DNA of 32,000 bases. Origin: Aeropyrum pernix K1. Lineage in GTDB: Archaea; Thermoproteota; Thermoprotei_A; Sulfolobales; Acidilobaceae. This document shows positions 8,621-16,312 of this stretch, one piece after another. Where the stretch lies: positions 420,001 to 452,000 of the forward strand of contig NC_000854.2 in NCBI RefSeq assembly GCF_000011125.1. Reading direction: 5' to 3'. A program made the translations under genes and the position numbers. Each line of letters begins with the position of its first letter. Positions within the stretch are counted from its first letter, which is position 1. The notes beneath the pieces were generated by a model, which ran no database searches, was not told where the DNA came from, and saw only the letters and a list, made by a program, of their open reading frames with translations.

Positions 8621-8688
8621 CAGCGATGAGGACGGTGGAGCGACGCTGACCAAGGTAGGGGATGAGGAGCGACACTCCCCTGAGCACG
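8621..8688 (+). ncRNA. candidate C/D box sRNA (2'-O-methylation guide)
   Basis: C box AUGAGGA at 8626-8632 (one mismatch to RUGAUGA), 13-nt spacer, D' CUGA at 8646-8649, 12-nt linker, C' AUGAGGA at 8662-8668 (same variant), 11-nt spacer, D CUGA at 8680-8683. Box order and spacing match archaeal C/D sRNAs. Confidence 0.5.
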
Positions 8689-8874
8689 GCCCCGGCAGAC
8701 CTGTTGAGGGAGGGCCCTACGCCGAGTCCAAGGGTGTAAACTTCTTAAGCCGGCTGGCTACAACCCAATGGATAATGGGGGCGGAGGCGCCCTCCCAGAG
8801 GTTCCGCCGGATACAGGCAGAGGCGACTGGCCGGAGGGCGAGAGCGCCCATATCCAGAGGCTCCCAGGTGGCTG

Positions 8875-9201
8875 GTGGGCAGTCGACGTGGAGAGAGTGG
8901 TGTTGTGGAGATGGCGAGCGTAAGGTTCGAGGACCTGAGGGTTAACGGCAGTGTAGTCTGCCCCAGGTGCAGGATACCGATGTACTACGCCAGCGAGACG
9001 GTGAAGGAGGGGGGTAGACACAGGATAACGAGGTTCTACGTATGCCCCTCCTGCAAGCTCAAGCTGGTGGACGAGAGGATAGTGGTAATCCCCTCCTCCA
9101 GCACAGTCGAGGTGGAGGTGGCAGGCGACAGAAAGACAATCTACAGGCAGCATGTTGACAGGCCTAGGAGGCAGGCTAGGGGTAGAGCCGTAAGGAGATG
9201 A
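8875..9201 (+). CDS. small zinc-ribbon protein (CPRC...CPSC) with Arg-rich C-terminal tail; function unknown
   Basis: Plus-frame codon usage (AGG, ATA) matches neighbouring genes; the opposite-strand 156-aa ORF is Pro/Gly-rich junk. The likely start is ATG 8911 (MASVRFEDL). Confidence 0.55.
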   Translation: MGSRRGESGVVEMASVRFEDLRVNGSVVCPRCRIPMYYASETVKEGGRHRITRFYVCPSCKLKLVDERIVVIPSSSTVEVEVAGDRKTIYRQHVDRPRRQARGRAVRR

Positions 9202-9236
9202 GGGCGTGAGAAGCCTGCGTATAGGCAAGCAACCCG

Positions 9237-9242
9237 TTTTTT
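9237..9242 (+). terminator. oligo-T tract (T6) ~35 nt downstream of the zinc-ribbon gene
   Basis: CCCGTTTTTTAAAC. Archaeal termination commonly uses T5 or longer runs. Confidence 0.3.
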
Positions 9243-9337
9243 AAACACCACGATCCTATAGACCGTCGTATCCCGCTTCACCCATCCTAATCTCCTATTT
9301 CCCCTCGAACGCCTACACACTCATACCCCGGTGCGCG

Positions 9338-9961
9338 TTGGTGAGACGCCTGAGGGAGATGTACCTGGAGTATAAGAGGATAGTGAACGTTTACCCCGAC
9401 ACCCCCTCCATAGCTAGGAGGATGTTCGTGACAAACGGTTTCGACGGCCTCCTGGCGGCTATAGGCGTCAACATAGGGGGCTTCAGCGGCGGGGCCGACC
9501 CTGTTGTCATGGTTCTCAGCATTATGGGGGGGTCGCTGTCTATGGGCGTGTTGAGCGGTGTGGTGGGCGTTTATCTGAGCGAGAGGGCTGAGAGGCTGAA
9601 GGAGCTGTCGAGGCTTGAAAAGAAGGTGTCGAGGAGCCTGAGGAGGAGCATCTACTGGAAGGCGGCCAACATCATACCCCTGTATATCGCCCTGTGGAGC
9701 GGGGTGGGGGTCATAGCCTTCCCCCTGATAAGCGTCCTCCCCTACATAGCCGCAGCCTACGGCATGCTCGCCATAGAGGAGGCTTTCGCCGCCTCCCTCG
9801 CGATAGCTCTGGCCCTGGCCGGAGGCCTTGGCCTCTACCTGGGTGTGGTGAGCGGCGAGAGCAAGCTGTACTCCACGCTCAGGGGACTCATGCTCGCCGT
9901 CGGTGCCATAATTCTGGTGCACATCTTCAAGTTCGCCGTTGCAGGGCCACTGCCAGGGTGA
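9338..9961 (+). CDS. integral membrane protein, tentatively VIT1/CCC1-like
   Basis: 207 aa with several hydrophobic spans. RRMFVTNGFDGLLAAIGVNIGG resembles the VIT1 G-x-x-DG-l-v-s motif. The functional call is weak. Confidence 0.6.
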   Translation: MVRRLREMYLEYKRIVNVYPDTPSIARRMFVTNGFDGLLAAIGVNIGGFSGGADPVVMVLSIMGGSLSMGVLSGVVGVYLSERAERLKELSRLEKKVSRSLRRSIYWKAANIIPLYIALWSGVGVIAFPLISVLPYIAAAYGMLAIEEAFAASLAIALALAGGLGLYLGVVSGESKLYSTLRGLMLAVGAIILVHIFKFAVAGPLPG

Positions 9962-11186
9962 TGGGCAGCCTGGCGAACGTCTCAACGAGGAACCTCAGCT
10001 CGCCCAGGTCGATGTGCTCGTCGGGAGCGTGGGCCAGCTCGCCGCGGGGGCCGTATGCCAGGGCCTTAGAGCCTTTGACCGTGTAGTACCACATGTCGAG
10101 GCCTCCGGGGCAGACGACGGGCTCGCCGATGCTCCTGCCGGACTGGCTGGCCGCCTCCCTCAGGGCCTCGTACAGCTCACCCGGCTCGTTTATAGCGGGC
10201 TCGGCCGAGATAACCTCCTCCGCCTCAACCTCCGCCCCATGCTTCACCGAGAGCCAGGTCAACACCCCCAACAGCTCGTCCCTAGCCTGCGATACAGTCT
10301 CCTCGGGTATGAGCCGCCTGTCCACGGTGAAGTAGAACTCGCCCGGCACCTGGTTCGTCTTACCTCCCCCCGTCACCCCCGCCTCGCCACCTAGCGATAC
10401 AGTGGGCTTGGCCGACTCCTCAGGCTCTATCCTGTGCCTGCTCCTCCTGCCAGCGTACATAGAGGCCAGCGCCTGCTGGAGGTCGAGGGCTATGGCCGAC
10501 GCCAGGAGGAACGCGTTCCTCCCGTGCCACGGCGTGCTGGCGTGGGCGGTCCTCCCCTTCACCCTAACCTTCATCCACAGTATACCCCTGTGGCCGTGCC
10601 ACGGCTTCTCAAGGCCGCTGGGCTCGGGCAGCACGACGTACTCGGGGGTCACCCCCATGCCGTTGACTAGATAGCCTGTGCCACACTCTCCCCCGATCTC
10701 CTCGTCGGGCACGAAGGCCGCCTCAACCCTTAGCCCCTGGGGCCAGGCCCCGGAGAGGTGGAGGGCCTTGAAGGCGCCGAGGGCCGCCGCTATACCCCCC
10801 TTCATGTCTATAGCGCCGCGGCCGTAGAGCTTCCCATCCTTGACCACGGGCTTGAAAGGCTCGGTTACACTCCACCCCGGACCCCCAGGGACCACGTCGT
10901 AGTGGCCGTTGAAGTGGAGGGCCGGGCCCTCGCCCCTCCGCCCATATACTATAAACCTTGGATTGTCGGAGGCGTGCCTACACTTCTCCCTCTGATACTC
11001 GGAGGGGACCCTCTCCACAACCGTCTCGAAGCCCAGGGACTCCAGCTCCCTGGCCAGAAGCTCGGCGGCCTCCCCATAGTGGTCGCCCTGCGGCGCGACG
11101 GTCGGTATTGATATGAGCCTCTTCAACACGTCAACAGAATAGCCGAAAGCCTCCTCTAGAGCACCAGGGTTTAGAGAGGCGGTCAA
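9927..11186 (-). CDS. M20 family metallopeptidase (ArgE/DapE-like deacylase)
   Basis: 419 aa. HFNGHYDVVP, GRGAIDMKGG, and DEE.GG metal-ligand motifs. Confidence 0.85.
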   Translation of the reverse strand: MTASLNPGALEEAFGYSVDVLKRLISIPTVAPQGDHYGEAAELLARELESLGFETVVERVPSEYQREKCRHASDNPRFIVYGRRGEGPALHFNGHYDVVPGGPGWSVTEPFKPVVKDGKLYGRGAIDMKGGIAAALGAFKALHLSGAWPQGLRVEAAFVPDEEIGGECGTGYLVNGMGVTPEYVVLPEPSGLEKPWHGHRGILWMKVRVKGRTAHASTPWHGRNAFLLASAIALDLQQALASMYAGRRSRHRIEPEESAKPTVSLGGEAGVTGGGKTNQVPGEFYFTVDRRLIPEETVSQARDELLGVLTWLSVKHGAEVEAEEVISAEPAINEPGELYEALREAASQSGRSIGEPVVCPGGLDMWYYTVKGSKALAYGPRGELAHAPDEHIDLGELRFLVETFARLPITLAVALQRRT

Positions 11187-11449
11187 ACAGGCTCACCAGC
11201 TTTAGTATGGGGGGAGGCAGAAATATTAGGTTGACGCATAATAGCCGGGGAGAGAGGTCCTCGGGAATCTAGCGTAAACCAAGGCTGCACCTCAGCTAGG
11301 CTGGCGAGGCTGCAGGGCCGCCATGGAGCCCGGCTGCAGGTGGGCCTGTAAAGTAATGTAGTAATGTATCGCTTGAAGGCTGCCCTAGGTGCTGGTCTAG
11401 CCATGCTAAAGCAGCCGGAGACCGACACATCTCTTGAGGGTGCTGGCGG

Positions 11450-12202
11450 GTGTCGTGCGCCGAGCTGTACTTCCTAGGTACCGGGGCTGCTGTGAACCCC
11501 CGGAGGATGCAGTCCTCACTGCTGCTAGACTATATGGGCGTCACGGTTCTCGTAGACGCCTCCTGCGGGGCCGCCAACGCCCTCGAGGCCCTGGGCTATC
11601 CCCCCGAGTCTATCGGAGCTGTGGTTGTGACCCACGGCCACTACGACCACGTGTGTGGCCTGGGGCTCCTGTCGTTCATAAAGTCCTTCCGCGGCGGCCC
11701 CCCTCTGAAACTGCATTCGCCCCCTGCCGCGGAGGGGGTTGTGAGGTCTGTTGTGGAGGCGGGGCTGAGGTCCTCAGCCAGGGGTGGGGTCGGGTACTCT
11801 ATACTCCCCCTCAGGCCTGGTGGAGAGGCCGGGTTTGGGGGTGTGGTGCGCGTGAGGGGGCTCAGGGCCGACCACACCGTGGAGGCCCTGAGCCTTGAGA
11901 TAGGGCTCGCCGGGCTGGGGTTCATACTTGTCAGCGGCGACACCAGGCCGACGGAAGAACTGGAGGCTAGAGCCCCTCGGGCCCTCGCTACCGTGCACGA
12001 GGCGACCCTCCCGTCCGGCATGGCCGAGAAGGCCGCTGCCACTGGCCACTCGACGGTGGGGGAGGCTGTGGGGGTGGCCTCGAAATCGGGGATAGGCCTG
12101 CTATACCACCTCACGCCCGAGAGCGAGGAGGAGGCTCTACGCGCCTCCAGGGGTACCAGGGTTATGGTGCCCCAGGACCTCCAGGCGGTGAAGATATGCT
12201 GA
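11450..12202 (+). CDS. metallo-beta-lactamase fold hydrolase (RNase Z/ElaC-like)
   Basis: 250 aa. FLGTGAA...R, VVTHGHYDHVCG (HxHxDH), and a later H...D pattern. Confidence 0.8.
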   Translation: MSCAELYFLGTGAAVNPRRMQSSLLLDYMGVTVLVDASCGAANALEALGYPPESIGAVVVTHGHYDHVCGLGLLSFIKSFRGGPPLKLHSPPAAEGVVRSVVEAGLRSSARGGVGYSILPLRPGGEAGFGGVVRVRGLRADHTVEALSLEIGLAGLGFILVSGDTRPTEELEARAPRALATVHEATLPSGMAEKAAATGHSTVGEAVGVASKSGIGLLYHLTPESEEEALRASRGTRVMVPQDLQAVKIC

Positions 12203-12246
12203 GGCAAGGCCGGTGTTAAAAAGAGTGTGTGGACTAGGCTCCGCGA

Positions 12247-12268
12247 CCCCCCGGCGGGCGCCGGGGGG
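12247..12268. terminator. perfect 9-bp GC hairpin (CCCCCCGGC-GGGC-GCCGGGGGG) between convergent genes
   Basis: Read directly from the sequence. It lies 45 nt after the MBL stop and 6 nt after the speH-like stop. Its function is unproven. Confidence 0.25.
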
Positions 12269-12273
12269 ATTTA

Positions 12274-12678
12274 CTATTCCAGGTGCCTCTCGGCGACCCC
12301 CTTCTCCACTCTAGCCGGTTTTAGGGCTTCTGCGAGGACCTCGAAGGCCCTGTGGGGGTTTGTGTGGCCGCCGCAGCTGTACACGTCTACAGTTGCGAAC
12401 CTGTACTCCGGCCACGTGTGGACCGTTATGTGGCTCTCTAGGATTATGGCTACGACGCTAACCCCCTCACCTATCTTCCAGGATTTGATGTCTAGGACTG
12501 TCATGCCGCCCTCACGGGCCGCCTCCAGGACTACCTTCTCCAGCTCCTCAGGGCTCTTCAGGAGCTCGGTGTTGGCGCACTCATAGAAATTCCCGTACAC
12601 GTGTAGGCCGAAAACCCTCATCTGCGCCCCCGAGCCGTTGGTCCTCGAGGACGGTATCTGAGCCAATAATGGTCTCAC
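12274..12678 (-). CDS. speH: pyruvoyl-dependent S-adenosylmethionine decarboxylase proenzyme (SpeH family; could be the crenarchaeal arginine-decarboxylase paralogue)
   Basis: [11 protein letters not shown] ... [13 protein letters not shown] (the E|S self-cleavage site) ... VDVYSCG. The probable real start is ATG 12621 (MRVFGLH), giving ~115 aa. Confidence 0.85.
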   Translation of the reverse strand: MRPLLAQIPSSRTNGSGAQMRVFGLHVYGNFYECANTELLKSPEELEKVVLEAAREGGMTVLDIKSWKIGEGVSVVAIILESHITVHTWPEYRFATVDVYSCGGHTNPHRAFEVLAEALKPARVEKGVAERHLE

Positions 12679-12768
12679 CCCCTACTTTGCCCCGGTGTTC
12701 TCCGGGGCATTTAAGGGTTATACGAGCCCGCCCCCAACAGAGTGTTTGATGCGGGTGCTGCATAGGCT

Positions 12769-13542
12769 ATGTCAAGCGGCGTCGGCATAGTCACCAGGAT
12801 ACAGAGCGTCTCCCCGGCGATAAGCGCAGTGCTGCTGGACCACCCGGGAGTCTACCTGAGGACGGTTAGGGGTGCCTCCGCTATATACGGTGGGGAGTAT
12901 ACTGGGATGCCCGGCTTCCGTTTCACCGTCGGCAGGATAGGAGACGCCAGCCTCCTCATAGGCCTCATACCACCCTACCCCCAGGCCGTCGCCGAGGCCG
13001 TCTACGAGCTCTTCATACTAGGTATAAGGAATGTGATAACGATAACCCGCGGCGCCAGGCTCGGAAGGAGGGTTGAGGAGGGTGAGAGGGTGGTTCTGGC
13101 TAAGGCCGCCATACCCCTGGACGGGGTCTCCCAGAGGATAGCCCCGCCCGGCACGCCCCTCCTCGCCTCTGCCGAGCTACTCAGAGGCCTCCTCGCCTAC
13201 GCCGAGCTGGGCGTTCTGAAAGGCTCTGTTAACCCGGGAACCACCGTCACCATGCAGAGCCTGAGGATGGCCTGGAGCTACGACGACGCGGAGGAGTATA
13301 TAGGCTTGAGGGACGTGAGGGCTGCCGACACGGTGACCGCGCCCCTCTACGCTCTCCAATACCAGTTCGAGAGGCTCAACGCCCTCTCAGTCGTCGTGGC
13401 GGAGAGGCCCCTCACCCCCACGCCCAGGCCCGTGGAGACTGATGCGAGAGCCCTGGAGAGGCATGACGAGAGGGAGGCGGACCTCATATCAAAGATCCTC
13501 ATAGCCGCCGTCGAGACTATAAAGGCCGTGGCCGGGGAGTGA
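12769..13542 (+). CDS. nucleoside phosphorylase superfamily-like protein (PNP_UDP_1-like, divergent)
   Basis: 257 aa. The layout G..Y.G..v.v.....G...a......eL...Gi.nvI.i..g..L.......Ge.VV...AI.LDGVS resembles uridine/purine phosphorylases, but the canonical Gly-rich phosphate loop is degenerate. Confidence 0.5.
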   Translation: MSSGVGIVTRIQSVSPAISAVLLDHPGVYLRTVRGASAIYGGEYTGMPGFRFTVGRIGDASLLIGLIPPYPQAVAEAVYELFILGIRNVITITRGARLGRRVEEGERVVLAKAAIPLDGVSQRIAPPGTPLLASAELLRGLLAYAELGVLKGSVNPGTTVTMQSLRMAWSYDDAEEYIGLRDVRAADTVTAPLYALQYQFERLNALSVVVAERPLTPTPRPVETDARALERHDEREADLISKILIAAVETIKAVAGE

Positions 13543-13554
13543 AGCTGGGGCGCT

Positions 13555-14658
13555 TCAGCCCCCGTATATCTCCCTAGCCTTCTCCACCTTGAGGCTCCAG
13601 GGCGTTGCGCCCACCAGCTTGTCCACTATCCTCCCTTCCTTGTAGAACACTAGGGTTGGCGTGCCCTCCACACCGGCCTTGTTCATCTCGAGCCTGGCGG
13701 CGGAGAGCTCCCTCTCCCCTATGAGGCTGCCCCATATGAACATGACTATGGGCACATCCACCTCCTTCGAGGCCTGGATCAGCTGTGGCCAGTCCCTGTG
13801 GCAGTGGGGGCAGGTTTTGCTGTAGACCGCCAGTATAGCGTCGCCCTGGAGCAGCTGCCTGAACTCCTCGGGGGTTATGTATATTAGCCTCCCGTCCTCC
13901 AGGACGGCGAGACCCTCCTTCACGTAGCTTAGGTTGCTGCTGAACCCGTCCGCGGTGCACTCCCACTCCACGCTAACCATCGTGTCGGAGCCGGAGACGC
14001 TAGCCTCCACCAGGCTCTGGGTGTAGCGTATGGATAGGCCGCCCCCGACTATGCCGGCTTCAAAGGCCTCAAGTATCCCGTCGCCCCTGTAGACCGCTTT
14101 GACAGCTATAGTGTAGTCCCCCACGTTTGCGTAGCCTCTGTATGTGTACCCGCCTGCCTCCCCGGCTTCTAGCGTTAGCCTCATGCAGAGGCCTGAGCGG
14201 CCGGGCGGTATGTACACGGGTATCACAATCTCCTGCATACCCAGATACTCCTTCGGCAGGGCTAGAAGGGTTGTGGTGAGCACACCCTTCTCCGGCGTCG
14301 ACGTTACAACCGGGTCTCCGGCCTCCAGGAGCTGGACCTCAACACTGCTCTCGGGCCAGCCTGGCTCGACTATGGAGACCGCGTTTGTGGCCACGTTGGT
14401 GCCGCTCGCTGACGTGGAGGTGGACTCGTATACAAGCCTATCCCCTCCTGCGAGGGGTAGGGTATATGATACCGTGGGGAAGAGGCCCTGCGGCTCCTCC
14501 AGCCCTCCCTCCTCCCCGCCGCCGGAGGGGCTGGAGCCGCCTCCCTGCGGCGCTGTCAGGCCGAAGCCCTGGAACACTACTACGAAGGTCGACGCGACCA
14601 TCACCAGCCCTAGGAAAACGCCTACCAATAGCCTAACGTTCAACCCGCCTACTCCCAA
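13555..14658 (-). CDS. membrane-anchored extracytoplasmic thioredoxin-fold oxidoreductase (CPHC active site) with unknown ~260-aa N-terminal domain
   Basis: N-terminal TM (LLVGVFLGLVMVASTFVVVF), a Gly/Ser/Glu linker, then a C-terminal thioredoxin fold: AVYSKTCPHCHRDWPQL ... GTPTLVFYKEGR (cis-Pro loop). Confidence 0.7.
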   Translation of the reverse strand: MGVGGLNVRLLVGVFLGLVMVASTFVVVFQGFGLTAPQGGGSSPSGGGEEGGLEEPQGLFPTVSYTLPLAGGDRLVYESTSTSASGTNVATNAVSIVEPGWPESSVEVQLLEAGDPVVTSTPEKGVLTTTLLALPKEYLGMQEIVIPVYIPPGRSGLCMRLTLEAGEAGGYTYRGYANVGDYTIAVKAVYRGDGILEAFEAGIVGGGLSIRYTQSLVEASVSGSDTMVSVEWECTADGFSSNLSYVKEGLAVLEDGRLIYITPEEFRQLLQGDAILAVYSKTCPHCHRDWPQLIQASKEVDVPIVMFIWGSLIGERELSAARLEMNKAGVEGTPTLVFYKEGRIVDKLVGATPWSLKVEKAREIYGG

Positions 14659-14753
14659 CCCCCCAATTGTATAGGGGGAGGTTTAAGCTTGAGCACTCCG
14701 GGGAAGATTTGTGGCGGGATTCGGCGTCTACTTAAGGCTGCCCTCCTGAAACG

Positions 14754-15854
14754 GTGTTAAGGGGGAGAGTGCTGGGCGCTATGGGCACGGTAGCAGGTGT
14801 TAGGCTGAGGAGGGGCAGGCTGCTGGGAGACCCTTTGAAAGCGCTCCTAGCAGGCTCTAGGGGCGTCTGGATGGCGCGTGGCTGCGACCTGTGCTTCCCG
14901 GGTAGGAAGGCTGTCGTGTTTGTGACTGGGCTCTGCGACGACTCCTGCTTCTACTGCCCAGTTAGCAGGGCCAAGCTTGGTAGGGACGTGTTCTACGTTA
15001 ACGAGGTTCCTGTGGCTAGTGTTGAGGAGGCTGTGGCCGAGGTCCTGAGGACTGGGGCCTCGGGGGCGAGCCTCACCGGGGGGGACCCCCTGGTGGCTCT
15101 CCATAGGACCCTTGATGTTGCTAGGGCGTTGAAGTCCGAGCTGGGGAGGGGGTTCCACATACACCTGTACACTAGCGGCCGGAGGATGACTCCCGAGGTT
15201 GCTAGGGCGCTTTGGGAGGCGGGTGTCGACGAGGTCAGGATACACCCTACTGAGAGGAGCCTCCTATCGAGGGTTGGGATGGTTAAGAGGTATACCGGTA
15301 TGAGCGTGGGGGTTGAGATGCCCATAGCCCCTGGCCTCGAGGAGCTTGCTATCGAGGCTGTCAAGACCGTAGAAGCCGTGGGGGGCGACTTCGTCAACCT
15401 CAATGAGATGGAGATAGTAGAGCCCAACGCCAGGGCCCTCCTCGCCAGGGGTTATACTGAGAGCGGTGAGAGGCCGTTCACGGTGAGGGGGGCCCTCGAG
15501 GCAGTCTTAAGGGTGCTGGAGTGGGCCGCCGAGAACAGCAGCGTGCCCGTCCACTTCTGCCCCGCGAGCTTCAAAGACTCCATACAGACTGGGAACAGGC
15601 TGAGGTCCTCGGCCGCTAGAGACGCCTACTGGTATGAGGAGCCCACGCCCCACGGCACCCTCACGTGGGGGGAGGTCCGGGGCGGCTCCCCTCCCCCGGG
15701 GCTGGGAGAGGAGAGGGGTGGGAGGATAATGCTGCCCCCCCGCGCGGACCTCCTCGAGACTGTTGTCAGGATGTACGGGGGGGAGGCCTACATAGTGGAG
15801 GCCCATCCAACCCCCTCTAGGACGCCCATTGTATCGGAGAGGAGAATAGCCTAG
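14754..15854 (+). CDS. radical SAM protein (pyruvate formate-lyase activase-related, function unknown)
   Basis: CDDSCFYC = CxxxCxxC cluster motif, plus GGDPL (SAM-binding-like). The start may lie downstream (MARGCDLCF). Confidence 0.75.
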   Translation: MLRGRVLGAMGTVAGVRLRRGRLLGDPLKALLAGSRGVWMARGCDLCFPGRKAVVFVTGLCDDSCFYCPVSRAKLGRDVFYVNEVPVASVEEAVAEVLRTGASGASLTGGDPLVALHRTLDVARALKSELGRGFHIHLYTSGRRMTPEVARALWEAGVDEVRIHPTERSLLSRVGMVKRYTGMSVGVEMPIAPGLEELAIEAVKTVEAVGGDFVNLNEMEIVEPNARALLARGYTESGERPFTVRGALEAVLRVLEWAAENSSVPVHFCPASFKDSIQTGNRLRSSAARDAYWYEEPTPHGTLTWGEVRGGSPPPGLGEERGGRIMLPPRADLLETVVRMYGGEAYIVEAHPTPSRTPIVSERRIA

Positions 15855-15865
15855 GAGGGCCTGGG

Positions 15866-16312
15866 GTGGATGTGGTGTCCGGCTCGAGCCTGGATGAGGC
15901 CGCCTTGCTAGTGGAGGCTCTCCAGGGGGCCTTCGACTTCGCGGGCGTCGAGAGGTTCGACGTCGGGGGGCTTGACGTCACTGTGCTCGACGCCGGCTTC
16001 ATATCTGGCAGGAGGGTGGTTATAGTGGTCCTCCCGGAGGGGTCAAAGATAAGCATATGGTCCTCCCGGAGGGCAGTAGCAGCCGGCCTCGCAATAGGAG
16101 GGGGGAGGGACCCCCTCATAGTCATTTACACCAGGAGGGGGAGGATCGGGAAGGCCGGCTACCTCTACCTGGGCTACCTGGCCCACAGGCACGGGTTCGA
16201 CGTTGTCGTGGTTAACGGGGGGCCGGGCGAGGTTAGGGAGGTGCTTGAGATGCTGTCGAAAACTGGCAGGATTGTAGTTAGGGAGGATAAGCTCTACCCC
16301 GTCAGGCCCTAG
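15866..16312 (+). CDS. hypothetical protein, 148 aa
   Basis: Starts 12 nt after the radical SAM gene on the same strand. Codon usage (AGG, ATA, GAG) is gene-like. I recognise no motif. Confidence 0.5.
   Translation: MDVVSGSSLDEAALLVEALQGAFDFAGVERFDVGGLDVTVLDAGFISGRRVVIVVLPEGSKISIWSSRRAVAAGLAIGGGRDPLIVIYTRRGRIGKAGYLYLGYLAHRHGFDVVVVNGGPGEVREVLEMLSKTGRIVVREDKLYPVRP

Noticed and set aside
8408-8653. 81-aa minus-strand ORF
   Set aside because: Lies antisense to the tRNA(CAU) and the C/D-like sRNA, with no protein-like features.
9287-9985. 232-aa minus-strand ORF
   Set aside because: Lies antisense to the hydrophobic membrane-protein ORF at 9338-9961. It has a skewed composition (His/Pro/Gly/Gln) and atypical codon usage.
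11353-11368. Tandem GTAATGTA GTAATGTA in the 11187-11449 spacer
   Set aside because: There are only two copies of an 8-mer in a promoter region, with no further structure. This is too little to call.
11183-11428. 81-aa minus-strand ORF filling the M20/MBL divergent spacer
   Set aside because: It has no motif and an odd composition, and it occupies the region needed for the two divergent promoters. It is probably non-coding, though a small protein or sRNA cannot be excluded.
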